Assembly (NCBI GenBank): GCA_951406725.2
Contig: OX597830.1
Coordinates: 77,500,001 to 77,564,000 of the forward strand
Direction of reading: 5' to 3'
Length of the DNA: 64,000 nucleotides
Source: Octopus vulgaris
Taxonomy: Eukaryota
Shown here: piece after piece, positions 1-15,752 of the stretch
Position numbering within the stretch: position 1 is the first letter of the stretch
Layout: each line of letters opens with the position of its first letter
Notes under the pieces: model-generated
What the model saw: only the letters and a program-made list of their open reading frames with translations
Databases searched by the model: none
What the model was told of the DNA's origin: nothing
Translations under genes and position numbers: made by a program

Positions 1-143
1 ATTTTTTCGTTATTTTTCATTTATCCCGCTTACATTCTTGGCGTGTTGAATTAATGCTTGAGAACAATTCTTTAGTGGTGGATTCCCTTTGCGGATCTAT
101 TTCTAGCGTTAGAGTGACCACATGTGGTCTCTCTCTTATTACT

Positions 144-145
<2 letters not shown>

Positions 146-205
<60 letters not shown>

Positions 206-241
206 CATACATACATACATACATACATACATACATACATA
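146..241. repeat. (TA)n-(TACA)n compound microsatellite, representative of many dozens of such tracts in the window
   Basis: Read directly; such tracts produce the YIYI/MYVC/HTHT pseudo-ORFs. Confidence 0.98.
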
Positions 242-973
242 GGCATGTATTCGTACCTACCTGTGTATACACACACTTCCATGGTTACAAACAAGATAAC
301 GAATGTTCAATATATGTATGAGATTTGATTTGAAGAAAGTTGTTTTACTGCTTCGTTATCTACAGTTTGTCGCTATAGATCGCTCAAGCAACAAAATATC
401 AATGAAAGGATTTGATCTGCATCAAGAAAGAAGAAATACGATATCAACCTTCCCTGATCAACAACTGTCAGCTTCAAGAATGCAGTATACATTTTTGAAA
501 GTTATTTTTGTAGTTTAGGTCTATGTTACAGTAGCAATATATTACTGCAAAGGAGAAGGATCTTCAGCCTGTTGGCAATATTTGGGCAATATTTCGAACT
601 TACTATTCAATGAGCTTAATGATTATGTCATAATATGGAATTTCTCGGATGACCCTATTTGCAACATATTTACTAATATGTATAAGAGTTTCCAGTTTAT
701 GGTAATGTCTGGACATCCTTCTCTAATTGTAAGAAATAATGGAAAACCGTTTGGAAATGGATTTATCGTTAGATTTAAATGAATATACGTCTGGGTTATG
801 TCGGAAAAAATAAATGAATGAACCTATGAAGGGAATGAATGAAATAAGAGAGAGAAATGCGAGGAAGAAAATGAATGATGGGGGTAGATAAGACTGTAAA
901 GAAAGACAACCAATCTTTAAGTAAACCAGAAAAGTTATGACAGGAAGAAAGAAAGAAAGAAAGGAAGAAAGAA

Positions 974-1009
<36 letters not shown>

Positions 1010-1407
1010 GAGAAAGAACACTAGTGAAAGCGACAGAAAATAAGATATAAAAAGACAACCCCATAAATAAATATAAAAAATACAACAAATATATTCAGTT
1101 CAAGAAGGAAAAGTGACAAAAGAATATATGGAAGGAGATAAGGTTTAAAGAATTGTTGAAAGATATTTGTATAACACTTTTGTATGGGAGAGGCTACAAA
1201 GAGAAAGAAATTACTATGTGATGAATGAGTAAAATATATTTGCTGCTGAACACTTCAATATACGCAAAACCATAGCTGTACTTTTACTGCATTCATTGTA
1301 GGACACGAACGAAGTATTTTTTTTTCTTTTTATTCTAACAGGAGAACTTTCAAAATATATAAAATAGATGTGTGCTGAGATTTCCCAAAGAGACATATAC
1401 ATACACA

Positions 1408-1440
<33 letters not shown>

Positions 1441-1443
<3 letters not shown>

Positions 1444-1825
1444 CTGTGTGGTAAGTAGCTTGTTTACCAACCACATGGTTCCGGGTTCAGTTCCACTATG
1501 TGGCACCTTGGACAAGTGTCTTCTACTATAGCCTCGGGTCGACCAAAGCCTTGTGAGTGGATTTGGTAGACGGAAACTGAAAGACGCCTGTCGTATATAT
1601 GTGTATATTTACATGTATGTGTGTCTGTGCTTGTCCCCTTAGCATTGTTTGACAACCGATGCTGGTGTGTTTATGTCCCCGTCACTTAGCGGTTCGGCAA
1701 AAGAGACCGATGGAATAAGTACTGGGCTTACAAAGAATAAGTCCCGGTGTCGAGTTGCTCGATTAAAGGCGGTGCTCCAGCATGGCCGCAGTCAAATGAC
1801 TGAAACAAGTAAAAGAGTAAAAAAG
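1441..1825 (+). mobile_element. tRNA-derived SINE, family A (CORE-like body, internal microsatellite)
   Basis: Head TGGCTGTGTGGTAAG...GGTTCAGTTCC (A/B boxes), body GTGGCACCTTGGACAAGTGTC, tail GGCGGTGCTCCAGCATGGCCGCAGTCAAATGACTGAAACAAGTAAAAGAG; near-identical to 12134-12547. Confidence 0.9.
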
Positions 1826-2030
1826 TATATATATATATATATCTTTAATCTTTAACATCTTTATTTATTTTAATCAATGTGCTACAGCAATGCTGGGACA
1901 CCACCATAAAAGGAATTAGTTCAATAAATCGAGCCCCTTTTCTTATTCCTATGACAGGTATTATTCCATTGAACACTTTGCTGAACCACTAAGTTACACA
2001 CACACACACACACACACACTCACATGTATT

Positions 2031-2155
2031 AATAGTTATCGCCAAGCTAACGTGGCCGTCCAGAAAAATAGGATGAATGCTGCCGTTGATTACCTCCAAG
2101 AGGCAGCATTCGTCCTACTTTTCTGGACTACCATCTAAGCTTGGCGATATCTATT
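2031..2155. repeat. Imperfect ~54-bp inverted repeat (hairpin or MITE-like)
   Basis: Arm 2031-2084 AATAGTTATCGCCAAGCT...GAATGCTGCC pairs with arm 2102-2155 GGCAGCATTC...AGCTTGGCGATATCTATT; 17-nt loop. Confidence 0.85.
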
Positions 2156-2195
2156 GATATCCAGTAGTCTCCTTTAGAGAGACTTAGAATTATTA

Positions 2196-2330
<135 letters not shown>

Positions 2331-2473
2331 GTAGATATATACATACATATATACATACATACATACATACATACATACATACATACATACATACATACAC
2401 ACAGACATATATGAATTTCTAGTGTACTATATGGATACATGAAATCATGCGGTTATCACGGCAGGCCCTTTCC

Positions 2474-2660
2474 AGCTGACAGAATCGTTACCGCGCCGGA
2501 CAAAATGCTTTGCGGCATTTCGTCCGTCTTTACATTCTGAGTTCAAATTCCGCCAAGGTCGACTTTGCCTTTCATCCTTTCGGAATCGAACTCTGTTGTC
2601 GATGTTATCGACTTTGTCTTTCCTCCGGAGTTGCTGGTCTTGCGTCACGAAATATTAGAT
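2474..2660 (+). mobile_element. tRNA-derived SINE, family B, diverged copy
   Basis: TTCTGAGTTCAAATTCCGCCAAGGTCGACTTTGCCTTTCATCCTTTCGG is shared with at least 8 other loci in the window. Confidence 0.85.
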
Positions 2661-3063
2661 CCCCTTTCTCTTAACGGCAAGAACTTGTCGAAAACAACAG
2701 AAATAACATCTGGCGGCACCACAATGTATTTTATTTTACGAATTTTTATTAACTGCTTTCAGTTTTCCCCAAATTATATTACTGACGAAGATCATGGCAA
2801 GTTCATTTCTGTTGGGGATGGAAAAGAGCGTTGTTTCTTTTTCTTTTCCAGTAGAATTCTGTGTGTGAGATTCGTATTGTCTAAACATGTCACGTCCAAA
2901 ACCAATACTGAAACACGAATTGTTGTAGTTGTTACTATGTATGTGTTACTAATGGTAGCGATGATGTGCTTGTTATTGTGTTTGAATATTTTATCATTTA
3001 TTCCTTATCATTCTGTCAAAAAATTCATTGCTGATTTTCAGTACCAACAAGATTTTAGATAAA

Positions 3064-3134
<71 letters not shown>

Positions 3135-3270
3135 CTTCTGACTCACTTTGTTTGTCTCTCTCCCTCTCTCCCTCTCTATTTATTCTTATCTACTTCTCTA
3201 TTTATTTATCTATCTATTTATCTGTCTATGAGATCTATCTATCGATCGACATATCTGTCTGTCTGTCTAT

Positions 3271-3343
<73 letters not shown>

Positions 3344-3360
3344 CATCCATCTACCCATCC

Positions 3361-3462
<102 letters not shown>

Positions 3463-3883
3463 TCATCTATCTATCTATTCATCTATCTATCTTTTTTTTT
3501 TATTTTTTATTTTTTTTTTAAACCTTCAAAAGAAAAGCTCTACCTTGTAATTTGTTCTATCTGTGTGCAGCCCTGTGTGGCTAATAAAGAAACATATCTA
3601 TCCATATATCTATTCATCTATCTATCTATCCATCTATCTATCCATCTATCTATCCATCTATCTATCCATCTATCTATCTATCCATCCATCTATCTATCCA
3701 TCTATCTATCCATCTATCTATCCATCTATCTATCCATCTATCTATCCATCTATCTATCCATCTATCTATATATATCTATCTATCTATAATATACACACAT
3801 GCATACATGAGAATGTATGTAAACCCTTCTAGTTAATATCTACAAGCATACATATATATATGTTCTTATATTTACAAATATAT

Positions 3884-3972
<89 letters not shown>

Positions 3973-4777
3973 TATATATATGTATACCTGTGCGTGTGTC
4001 TGTGTCAGTATATATATATGTATAAAAATTATATGTAAAAATACAAAATGGGACAAGAACGCAAAATACACAAAATATATATTTGCATGTATGCATGCAA
4101 GTGAGTATGCGTGTATGAAGGCATGCATGTATGTACATATGTATGTATGCATGCACGCAAGTATGTATGGATGCATGTATGCATGCAGGTATGTATAAAT
4201 GTACGTATTCATGTATGTATGTATATATGTATATATTTATTCATGCAGGTATGTATACATGTATATATGTATGAGATGGCCAAATGACAGAATATTCAGA
4301 ATGCTGGATAGATTTCTTTGCAATAATCGTTTCGTCAAATTTGTCCTCTATCATTACAGAAGTAGATAAATAATGTATCAGTCATGTACTGAGGATAGAT
4401 TCTCCTCGAACACCATTTTTTTTTCTTAGTCTACCCCTCACCTCTAGATATGAAACAAATACTGTTTTGAAAACTGGAAATGGGTTGGTTCCAATAAGTC
4501 TAATACAGAACGTCCTTATGACTCCGTCAAGGTGTTAAGAGGCCATAGAAAATTATTGTAGTGGTGGTGGTGGTGGTGATGTTGGTGGTGGTGGTGATAG
4601 TGTATGTGTGTGGATGTGTATTCCTTCATTCCTTTACTGAATTCCGTCTTTGGACTGTGACATGGCTGAGTTCAACTTCGAATTAAGAGATAGAGATGTA
4701 ACAAGAACTAGATCACGGATTAAAAGCCACAGCGGTTCAACAGACCGATAAGCCGACCCGGCGAACGAAAATGTTCT

Positions 4778-4820
<43 letters not shown>

Positions 4821-4870
4821 ACGTACATCCCCAAGACATACGTGAACACATATTTTTGTCTTTGTGCAAC

Positions 4871-4901
<31 letters not shown>

Positions 4902-5276
4902 AACACATAGAAACACACACACACACATATATATATAGAGAGAGATACATACGTACACACATACACATATCCATATACATACACAAAATCTACGGTAATT
5001 GCCAGATATTTGTACATATGTGTATATAAACACACACACTCACATATATATATATATCTTTATTTATATATATAGAGATATAGATATACATGAGTGTGTA
5101 TGTCTGTAGATGTGCCTGTTTGTGTATACATATAAATACACAGATGCATACTTATATATATTGACATGCATATTTACATACATAGGCATATACATACATA
5201 GGCATATATATGTATATTTAGATATATATACATATACATATATATATACATATATATATATATATTCATGTACATA

Positions 5277-5342
<66 letters not shown>

Positions 5343-6060
5343 TGTACAAACAAAACAAAAAAAAACAAATAATAATTGCAACAGAAAAAAGTCTCACTTG
5401 AGGGAAGATGACGCCCAAGATATTGAAATAAATGGTAAGGAGGGTGTCTTTAACCAACCAAAACGGTAAGATTGTGACAAGTATTCACCGAACGTGGGAG
5501 TAAAAGGCATACATATAAATATTTTAAGCCTATCGACAATTGTTTGTGAGAAGCCAAAATATAGATGGAAGTGAGAAGATGAATAATTGTAGGAAAACAT
5601 TTTTGAGAGGGCGGGGTATATCTAGAAAGTCTAACTGTCCATTTGCCTGTTGATTGTACTGTTAAGATCTCTATGTTTTCATTTATGTATGTATGTATGT
5701 ATGTATGTATGTATGTATGTATGTATGTATGCATGTATGTATGTATGTATGTAGGTAGGTAGGTAGGTTGGTTGGTAGGTATGTATGCATGCTTGTATAT
5801 ATGTATGTATGCATATGCGTATACACGCATGTGTGTATGCGTATGGATGTGTGCGTATGTATGTGTATATATGTAAATGTATGTGTGCACATCTATGTAT
5901 ATGTATGTATATATATATATATATATGCATATATATATATATGTATATATATATATGTATATATATATATATACATGTATATATATGTATATATATGTAT
6001 ATATATATGTATGCATATATATGTGTATATATGTGTATATATGTATATATATGTATATAT

Positions 6061-6153
<93 letters not shown>

Positions 6154-6793
6154 CATAATTATATGTGTCATATATATACATGTATATATGTGTGTATGAA
6201 TATATCGATATGTATATACATAAATATATGTAAATTTGTATGTGTGCGTGTATATATGTATATATATAAATATATATATAATGGTGGATGTCTGCATGGA
6301 TGGATGGATGGTTGAAATTTTGTTCGTTTCGGTAAGAAGGTTCGTCGAAAACGTTCAGTTCCTACTCTGACAACAAACATGTCTGTGCTCATTCATCTGT
6401 CGAAGAATGGCAGAATATTGCATTTTAATGGCCGTCTTCCGCCACTCCCCCTCCCCATACCCGACGCTGTCAGCTCAGACTTTTGACGCCATCTTTGTGT
6501 GTGTCTTAATCGTCTCACTTTTTGCATTATCGTTCATTCTTCAATTGCAGACGAAAGAAAGAAGAAAACAAAAACTGAAGAAGAAAAACGAGAGGGTGAT
6601 AGCAATAAAGAGCAGAAACAACAGCTTACAATGACAAAATAAACAAAGAAATAAACGTCAGAAATGACAATAACAACAAGAATATCGTGGAATACGATAA
6701 TATATCGCAAATTGGCATCATCGGCAAAGGCAACATCGAAAATGACAAAAGTGACACACACACACAAAAAGATTATATTATATATATATATAT

Positions 6794-6975
6794 GAGTGGG
6801 TGTGTGGTAAGTAGCTTGCTTACCAACCACACAGTTCCGGGTTCAGTCCCACTGCGTGGCACCTTGGACAAGTGTCTTCTACTATAGCCTCGGGCCGACC
6901 AAAGCCTTGTGAGTGGATTTGGTAGACGGAAACTGAAAGAAGCCCGTCGTATATATGTATATGTATATATATATG

Positions 6976-7029
<54 letters not shown>

Positions 7030-7226
7030 TTTCCCCAACATCGCATTACAACCGATGCTGGTGTGTTTACGTCCCCGTTACTTAGCGGTTCGGCAAAAGA
7101 GACCGATAGGATAAGTACTAGGCTTACAAAGAATAAGTCCTGGGGGCAATTTGCTTGACTAAAAGGTGGTGCTCCAGCATGGCTGTAGTCAAATGACTGA
7201 AACAAGTAAAAGAGAAATAAAAGAGA
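6794..7226 (+). mobile_element. SINE family A, full-length, with expanded internal (TG)n
   Basis: Collinear with 12134-12547. Confidence 0.9.
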
Positions 7227-7498
7227 ATATACATATATATATATATATATAGGTATGTATGTCTCATTGTTCAGTTTTATTTCAAGATTTCTTGCCAATA
7301 CAGAAAGAGACGGTTTCTTATGTATGTATGTATGTATGTATGTATGAGGCAGCTCGGCATAAGAGACTGATAGAAAATGTAACAGGCTTTTAAGAAAAGC
7401 TCCTGGAGTCGATTTGTTCGACTAAAACAACAAAAAAATGCATTCAAGTTGGTACTACAACATGGCCGCGCCCAAATGACGAAAACAAGTAAAAGGTA

Positions 7499-7531
<33 letters not shown>

Positions 7532-8049
7532 CAGACAGACGAAGGAGTGTCTCGGTGATAAGAAGCCTGCTTCCCAACCTCATCCTTCCGGGTTCAGTAC
7601 CACTGCGTGTTACCTTCTACACGTATCCTCAACTGTTTACTCGGGGTGACCTCGATACAGAATTGATAACTTATTCCTTATAAAACTGTTAATTACTTCT
7701 TTTAGGTCAGCTAAAATCAGATACATATCAAAAAGTCGCTTATCTCTTATATATATTTATTCATTTTGTTCCAATCTCTCAAAATTAATGCTAAACTAAT
7801 CCCATAGTCAGATTGTCTACTAATCAAATCTGTTAATTATTTCGGCCTCGAAATAACAATTAAATCCAGCTTGAACTTTCAGTTTAACCTCGGGCAAATG
7901 TAATGATTTGTAGAAAAAATAACGAAAGGTTTAGGTATTTTGATATAGATGCCAGCTCCCCAGCCATATTTTTCCAAAATCTCTTTTAACTTGGGTCTTA
8001 TATCTATTGCTCGAATTTCTTTGCAATAGGAAATATATGTATGTTCACT

Positions 8050-9434
<1,385 letters not shown>

Positions 9435-9681
9435 TTTATGAATATATACATATATTGTTACTTTATATATATATATATATATATATATGAAGTAACAAAT
9501 TGAAGAAAAATCTTTCAAGGAGGTGTGTTAAACATCCAATTCACTAGTACTTCAGCTGGATATAATATTGGAATCATTCAATTATAAAGGTAAATTAAAT
9601 ATAGAGATATTCTATTAACAGTCAAATAATTTATTTATATTACAATATTACAGTAAATACTATGAATATAAAATATACCAT

Positions 9682-9767
<86 letters not shown>

Positions 9768-10984
9768 GACAGTTCACATATCAAGAACGTTGCTCTTTCG
9801 TTTCAGAAAAGGAATTTGCTTTCAACTTTTGTCTTTCTTCCTTCCTTCTTTTCTTTGTCTATTTGTTTGTTGCTTCTTTCTTTCTTTATTTATTTCATTT
9901 CATTTTATTATTTCTATATCATTCTTTCCTAGTTACATTAGAATATCCTGAACGAGATGTCGCCGTGTGGTATTTCAGATCAGATCAAGTTCTACTTCGA
10001 AGCATGTTTATATAAACGCCATTGTGAAACGAGAGGGAAAAAAAAAACAACCCGCAAAATCCAAGAACGAAGAACAACAGCAACGAGGAACCGCCCACCA
10101 CCAAAAATCCATAAAAATAACAAGCAAATAAAAGCGCAAAGAAATACAACAAACACCCCAGCCGGTGAAAGGTGGATGGTGTTGATTAGGAACTGGTAAA
10201 AGGCAAAACATGAATATATCACTTTTCTTTCAGTTTTGGGTTTTAGGTTTTGTGTTGTTCGTTGTCATTTTGATTCTAGTTGCGGCGGGATGTGAAAGTA
10301 TGTATGTATGTATGTATGTATGTATGTATGTATGTATGTATGTATGTATGTATGTATGTATGTATGCATGTATGCATGTATGCATGTATGCATGTATGTA
10401 TGCATGCATGTATGTATGTGTGTGTGTATGTATGTGTGTATGTATGTATGTATGTATGTATGTGTATGTATGTATGTATATGTATGTATGTGTATGTATG
10501 TATGTATGTATATGTATGTATTATGTATGTGTGTGTATCTATGTGTATGTATGTATGTATGTATGTATGTATGTATGTGTATGTGTGTGTATGTATGCAT
10601 GCATATCTCGGTATGTATATATTTAGTGCATGTGTGTTTGTGTGGGCGTGTATGTATATATATATATAAATAGATATATATACAGAGAGAGAGAGAGAGA
10701 AGAGACAGAGAGAGAAATAAAGAAGAAATATAGCAAAAGAGGAAGAAAAAGGAGGGAAAGTTTGTACGTTTGAGCCACACCATCATCCACACACCTTCAC
10801 ATGCACCCACGCACACGTCAAGGTCACTAGCCCCTATCCAGACGCACGTGCACCTTCGTTTTGGGATCACCACTAGTTGTTTTTTATCTCCCCTTCTTCC
10901 TAGCTCTCCTGTCTGACCACCTCTGTCCAGCATTCACCGTGATTGATCGCCATGATTGATTGCTTACCACTAAACGTTTTTAAT

Positions 10985-11140
10985 CTTCTCTCTCAGCATA
11001 TTTCTGTGTTCCTTTCTGTTGAAGAGCCTTGGCTCGAAACGTAAAAGACTTTCTCACTTACCTAGCGTTAAACTAATACATCTGTTTGATGCTTACATAC
11101 TCGTCTTCGTCTTTTGTTTTGTTTTGTTTTTCTAAATTCC
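10985..11140 (+). mobile_element. Short Penelope-pLTR-like repeat with minimal hammerhead-like motif (11012-11047)
   Basis: CTTT-CTGTTGA-A-GAGCC-TT-GGCTC-GAAACGT-A-AAAG; same family at 38125-38298, 41232-41355 and 23330-23410. Confidence 0.65.
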
Positions 11141-11178
11141 ATCTATATATATATATATATTTATATATACACACATAA

Positions 11179-11223
<45 letters not shown>

Positions 11224-11226
11224 GAC

Positions 11227-11309
<83 letters not shown>

Positions 11310-11344
11310 CAGATAATAAGCATCTATGGACTGAGAACAAGAAT

Positions 11345-11652
<308 letters not shown>

Positions 11653-12133
11653 CAACTACAGCAACAACAACAAAAGCAGCAAGAACAGCGACGTTCAAAT
11701 GGAACGACGTAGATACCGAGGAAGAAATAGTTGGTTGTGTGAAGTTGTACAATCAACGCCGATCGTGACACATGGCTCGTCCCTTTGGCTTCGCATCAAT
11801 TAATCATGATGTAGCTAATTACCCGGCGGGCAAGAATTCAGCAGGAACAATGCTCTATCGTTTCTAATCAATTACACGCAATGTCGAGAAGAAACAAACC
11901 CGTCTGACTGATTGACAGCCAAAAGCTCAACATTTTCTCTCAGATTTTCGGTATTTGGTTTATATGATGCCGCTGTGTACGTGTATGGGCGTACTTGCAT
12001 AGGTGTCGAGATATATATGTGTTCTTGCGTGTGTGTGTATGTGTGAGTCTGTGTGTATGCATATCTGTATGCTTGTATGTATGAGTGTATATATATGCAT
12101 ATTTGTACACATATATCTATATACATATATATA

Positions 12134-12547
12134 GGCGCAGGAGTGGCTGTGTGGTAAGTAACTTGCTTACCAACCACATGGTTCCGGGTTCAGTCCTACT
12201 GCGTGGCACCTTGGGCAAGTGTCTTCTACTATAGCATCGGGCCGACCAAAGCCTTGTGAGTGGATTTGGTAGACGGAAACTGAAAGAAGCCCGTCCTATA
12301 TATGTATATATATGTATGTGTGCGTGTATGTTTGTGTGTCTGTGTTCGTCCCCCTAGCATTGCTTGACAACCGATGCTTGTGTGTTTATGTCCCCGTTAC
12401 TTAGCGGTTCGGCAAAAGAGACCGATAGAATAAGTACTGGGCTTACAAAGAATAATTCCCGGGGTCGAGTTGCTCGATTAAAGGAGGTGCTCCAGCATGG
12501 CCGCAGTCAAATGACTGAAACAAATAAAAGAGTAAAAGAGTAAGAGT
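12134..12547 (+). mobile_element. SINE family A, most intact copy
   Basis: GGCGCAGGAGTGGCTGTGTGGTAAG head, B box GGTTCAGTCC, CORE-like GTGGCACCTTGGGCAAGTG, (TAAAAGAG)n tail. Confidence 0.92.
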
Positions 12548-12671
12548 ATACATATATACACATACTCATTATATACATACACACTTATATAAATATATAT
12601 ATATATATGTGTATATATATGTGCATATATATGTATACACACACACATATATATGCACAGAAAGATGTATT

Positions 12672-13260
12672 TCTTTTATTCTTTTACTAATTTCAGATTG
12701 AAAGCTGCGGCCATGCTGGTTCACCGTCGTTAGCTTTGCTACACCTTCACCACTTGAAACCTCCTTTGATATATAGTGTTTGATGAATGAAAGACTTTGC
12801 TGTTGCTGCCCTCATCTCCGTTTCCAGTCGCGACACAGGTTCATCTGCAACTCTTCACAGGATTGCGGTTCCAGTTATGAAGACACATGTATCCACTCCA
12901 TGTAGGTCTCTCAAATTTTGGGGGAGAATATTGAAGGGCTGTGGGCCTGTCAAATCCAAGCTGTTGCAGTATCTGGCCTTGTATTTAGGTGACAATGTTG
13001 AGATCGTTTGCACTTTGCAAAGGCGCGCCGTTCTGGTGTTTCTGTGACTTTCAATGCCAAAGTTTAGTACAAGACTTTCAAGGATTTACAGATGCATATT
13101 ACTGAAAACCTTACCCGCCTTCGTTCTAGGGAGTAAAGAGTTAACGTTTTCCAACCTCACCCAATAACTGACAAATCGCATTGAGACAATCTTCTCTGTT
13201 TAGCTTCGCTGTATTGCTTCGTGTTCCATCGTTAATTTTAAACTGTGCAATGACTAAGGT
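12672..13260 (-). pseudogene. Degenerate 3' end of a CR1/L2-group LINE (ORF2 C-terminus plus 3' UTR)
   Basis: Minus-strand translation with stops and frameshifts: EAIQRS*TEKIVSMRFVSYWVRL...ILESLVLNFGIESH...GPQPFNILPQNLRDLHGVDTCVF...VADEP...RAATAKSFIHQ, typical of the post-RT region of CR1-like LINEs. Confidence 0.75.
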
Positions 13261-13299
13261 TGGAAGCAGTAGTCTAAACAACTGTGGATAAATGTCCTC

Positions 13300-13343
13300 C
13301 AGAGGACCATCAATTCAAAGCCAGGAACTTTTCAGCACGCCTC

Positions 13344-13344
<1 letters not shown>
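13300..13344. mobile_element. Single terminus of a mariner-type MITE (family of 20501-20692 and 41462-41656)
   Basis: AAAGCCAGGAACTTTTCAGCACGCCTCG followed by TA. Confidence 0.6.
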
Positions 13345-13426
<82 letters not shown>

Positions 13427-13466
13427 CATATACATATATCTGTGTGTGTGTGTGTGTGTGTGTGTA

Positions 13467-13889
13467 TTGGGTCATCCCATACATAATGCAGTTTTTTAAT
13501 TGCATGAACTAGAAGTTGGAGGTGGACGGGATAAACTACCTGCATCAACTTGCTATAAATGCAGGTAGTAATTTTATCTTGTCTTTATTCTTAGTACAGT
13601 TATTTTTTCAAATCTATAATAGAAATAACAAAGAACCGTATTCGGCATATTTTGCTTTGTGAGATTAATAAAGGCAACAACGTAACGGAAGGTGCGATTA
13701 ATATCAATGCAGTGTATGGAGATCGGGCAATAAGCGTAAGGTAGTGTTTGCGGTGGTTCTAGAAATTCCGAGCCGGAAACTACACCCTTGAAGACGAGTC
13801 TCGTCCAGGAAGATCTGTAAAGCTCGGCAAAGACGTCCTGCAAAACCTGGCGGGAAAAAATACCATTGTAATTGTTGAGGAACTAGCAC
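13467..13889 (+). mobile_element. Mariner relic: left TIR plus degraded N-terminal HTH region
   Basis: TA-TTGGGTCATCCCAT... terminus; translation EITKNRIRHILLCEINKGNN...CLRWF*KFRAGNYTLEDESRPGRS...VEELA. Confidence 0.85.
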
Positions 13890-14251
13890 TATAAATCATC
13901 ATATCTGTAAAAATCTACAAGATCTCTTCAGATTTCAAGATGATGAACAAAACAGGATGAGTTTCATCACTACCTTGCTAACAAGCAGGTGGCCCGTTAG
14001 AATCTACTATAAATTAAAAAGAGACATACGCGTTTATCCATTCATTCATGCATACATACATACATGCATAAATATATAAATACATGCATACACACACACA
14101 TACACACACACACATATATATATAAAGAGAAAGAGACAGGGTTATGTGATTAAATGTATACATAAAAACACATTGAAAGGATGTACAGGAAGTATATAAA
14201 CATGTGTGTGTTTGTTTATGTGTGCCCTATATAGACATCCAAACACATTAT

Positions 14252-14384
<133 letters not shown>

Positions 14385-14788
14385 TGCATATATATGCATA
14401 TGTATAAATATATACGCACACACACACACACGCGCACGTATATAGGTATATAGTATTTGTGTGCGTCTGTGTTTATCGACGAGAAAGGAAATAATACAGA
14501 CGTAACACAGATTTGAAAAAGATGGAGGTTTTTATATGACACATTGTGATTTCAGCTTCAATAAAGGGCATAAATGCCTTCAATTTTCAGCTTTTGTTGT
14601 ACTAAAGAGACAAAGCTACGCCAGGCAGATGGCTCCATGTTTTACTACCAGTGAGAAAAAAAACCGCCTAATTGCATCTTAATTGTTTATCATATCATTG
14701 TCTCCTTACCATAAGAAATGTTTTGAATGCAAAGAGTTAGACATCTATATGATACACACACACACATGCAAACACGCTTATACATAGG

Positions 14789-14820
<32 letters not shown>

Positions 14821-14854
14821 AATATATATGTATATATATATACACACACACACA

Positions 14855-15202
14855 CGTCGAAATGTGTATAGAGCGATACAAATCAGATGATACTTTTTCG
14901 AACGCAGAATTGCCGTTAGCACTGCAAGATTACTGTGTAAATTAACCTTATAAAGCGGAAAAAGAACTACCAACAACCAGCCATGTGATTCGAACTCATA
15001 TCCCTCGAAGATTATAGCTAAGTGCTTTACCATTTGGCTAAACTGCGTACTGATGAATTCATCCGCGAAATTAGAAGCTAAATAGCTAAATGTATAAATT
15101 ACTCTCACTAGGTCATTTACCCCGTAATTCTGCTGGTCAAACGTCAATTCTGCGTTCGAAAAAGTATTATCTAATTTGTATCGTTCAATACTCATTTCGA
15201 CG
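14855..15202. mobile_element. Foldback element with ~94-bp inverted arms enclosing a tRNA-like segment
   Basis: Arms 14855-14948 and 15110-15202 are imperfect reverse complements; the loop (14975-15046, minus strand) reads TAGCCAAATGG...GAGTTCGAATC. Confidence 0.75.
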
Positions 15203-15228
15203 CTTATAAAAAAATGTTAGATTGTCTA

Positions 15229-15752
15229 CCGTAAATCCTCAAGTGTAGTCCGCCCTTGAGTATAATACGCAGGGGATTTTTAAGGGGCTGTACCTCTGAA
15301 AAACCTAAACCTTGTGTATAATACACACCCCTTCTCTAACTTGAGTCATGTGTAATCAAGCCAGCAGCACCTAGTCGAACAAATACTTCTGCGCATGCGT
15401 AATACAATAATGGTGATGTTCTTAACCGTTATATGGGAATGTAAATATGTTTGCAAATTGTTTTTGTTATATGTTATTCTGTGTTCTGAATACTTTTATT
15501 TTAATAAATGTTGCTTACTGCAAGTTATGGACGATTCTTTTATGACTTCATTGCTATCAGGCTTAGCTTAAGGTATTTTCGCACCCGACATCACAAACTG
15601 TGTCTGAATAAACATTGCCGGACAGCAAATAGAAACTCGGACATTGCTTAGAAAATATTTTTCATTTTTAACCTCGTATATAGTACACACTAGGGATTTT
15701 GACCTTTAAATTTTGAGAGAAAAAAGTGCGGATTATACTCGAGGATTTACGG
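15229..15752. mobile_element. Tc2/pogo-type MITE, 524 bp
   Basis: TIRs CCGTAAATCCTCAAGTGTAGTCCGC and GCGGATTATACTCGAGGATTTACGG, with TA on both sides. Confidence 0.88.

Noticed and set aside
6318-6352. Possible hammerhead on the minus strand (TCGACGA...CCGAAACGAAC)
   Set aside because: No stem III/UH site and no convincing stem II.
6420-6560. CpG-containing patch with a YY1-like CGCCATCTT and a pyrimidine-AG acceptor-like site
   Set aside because: No downstream coding frame or donor site is supportable; short motifs are expected by chance.
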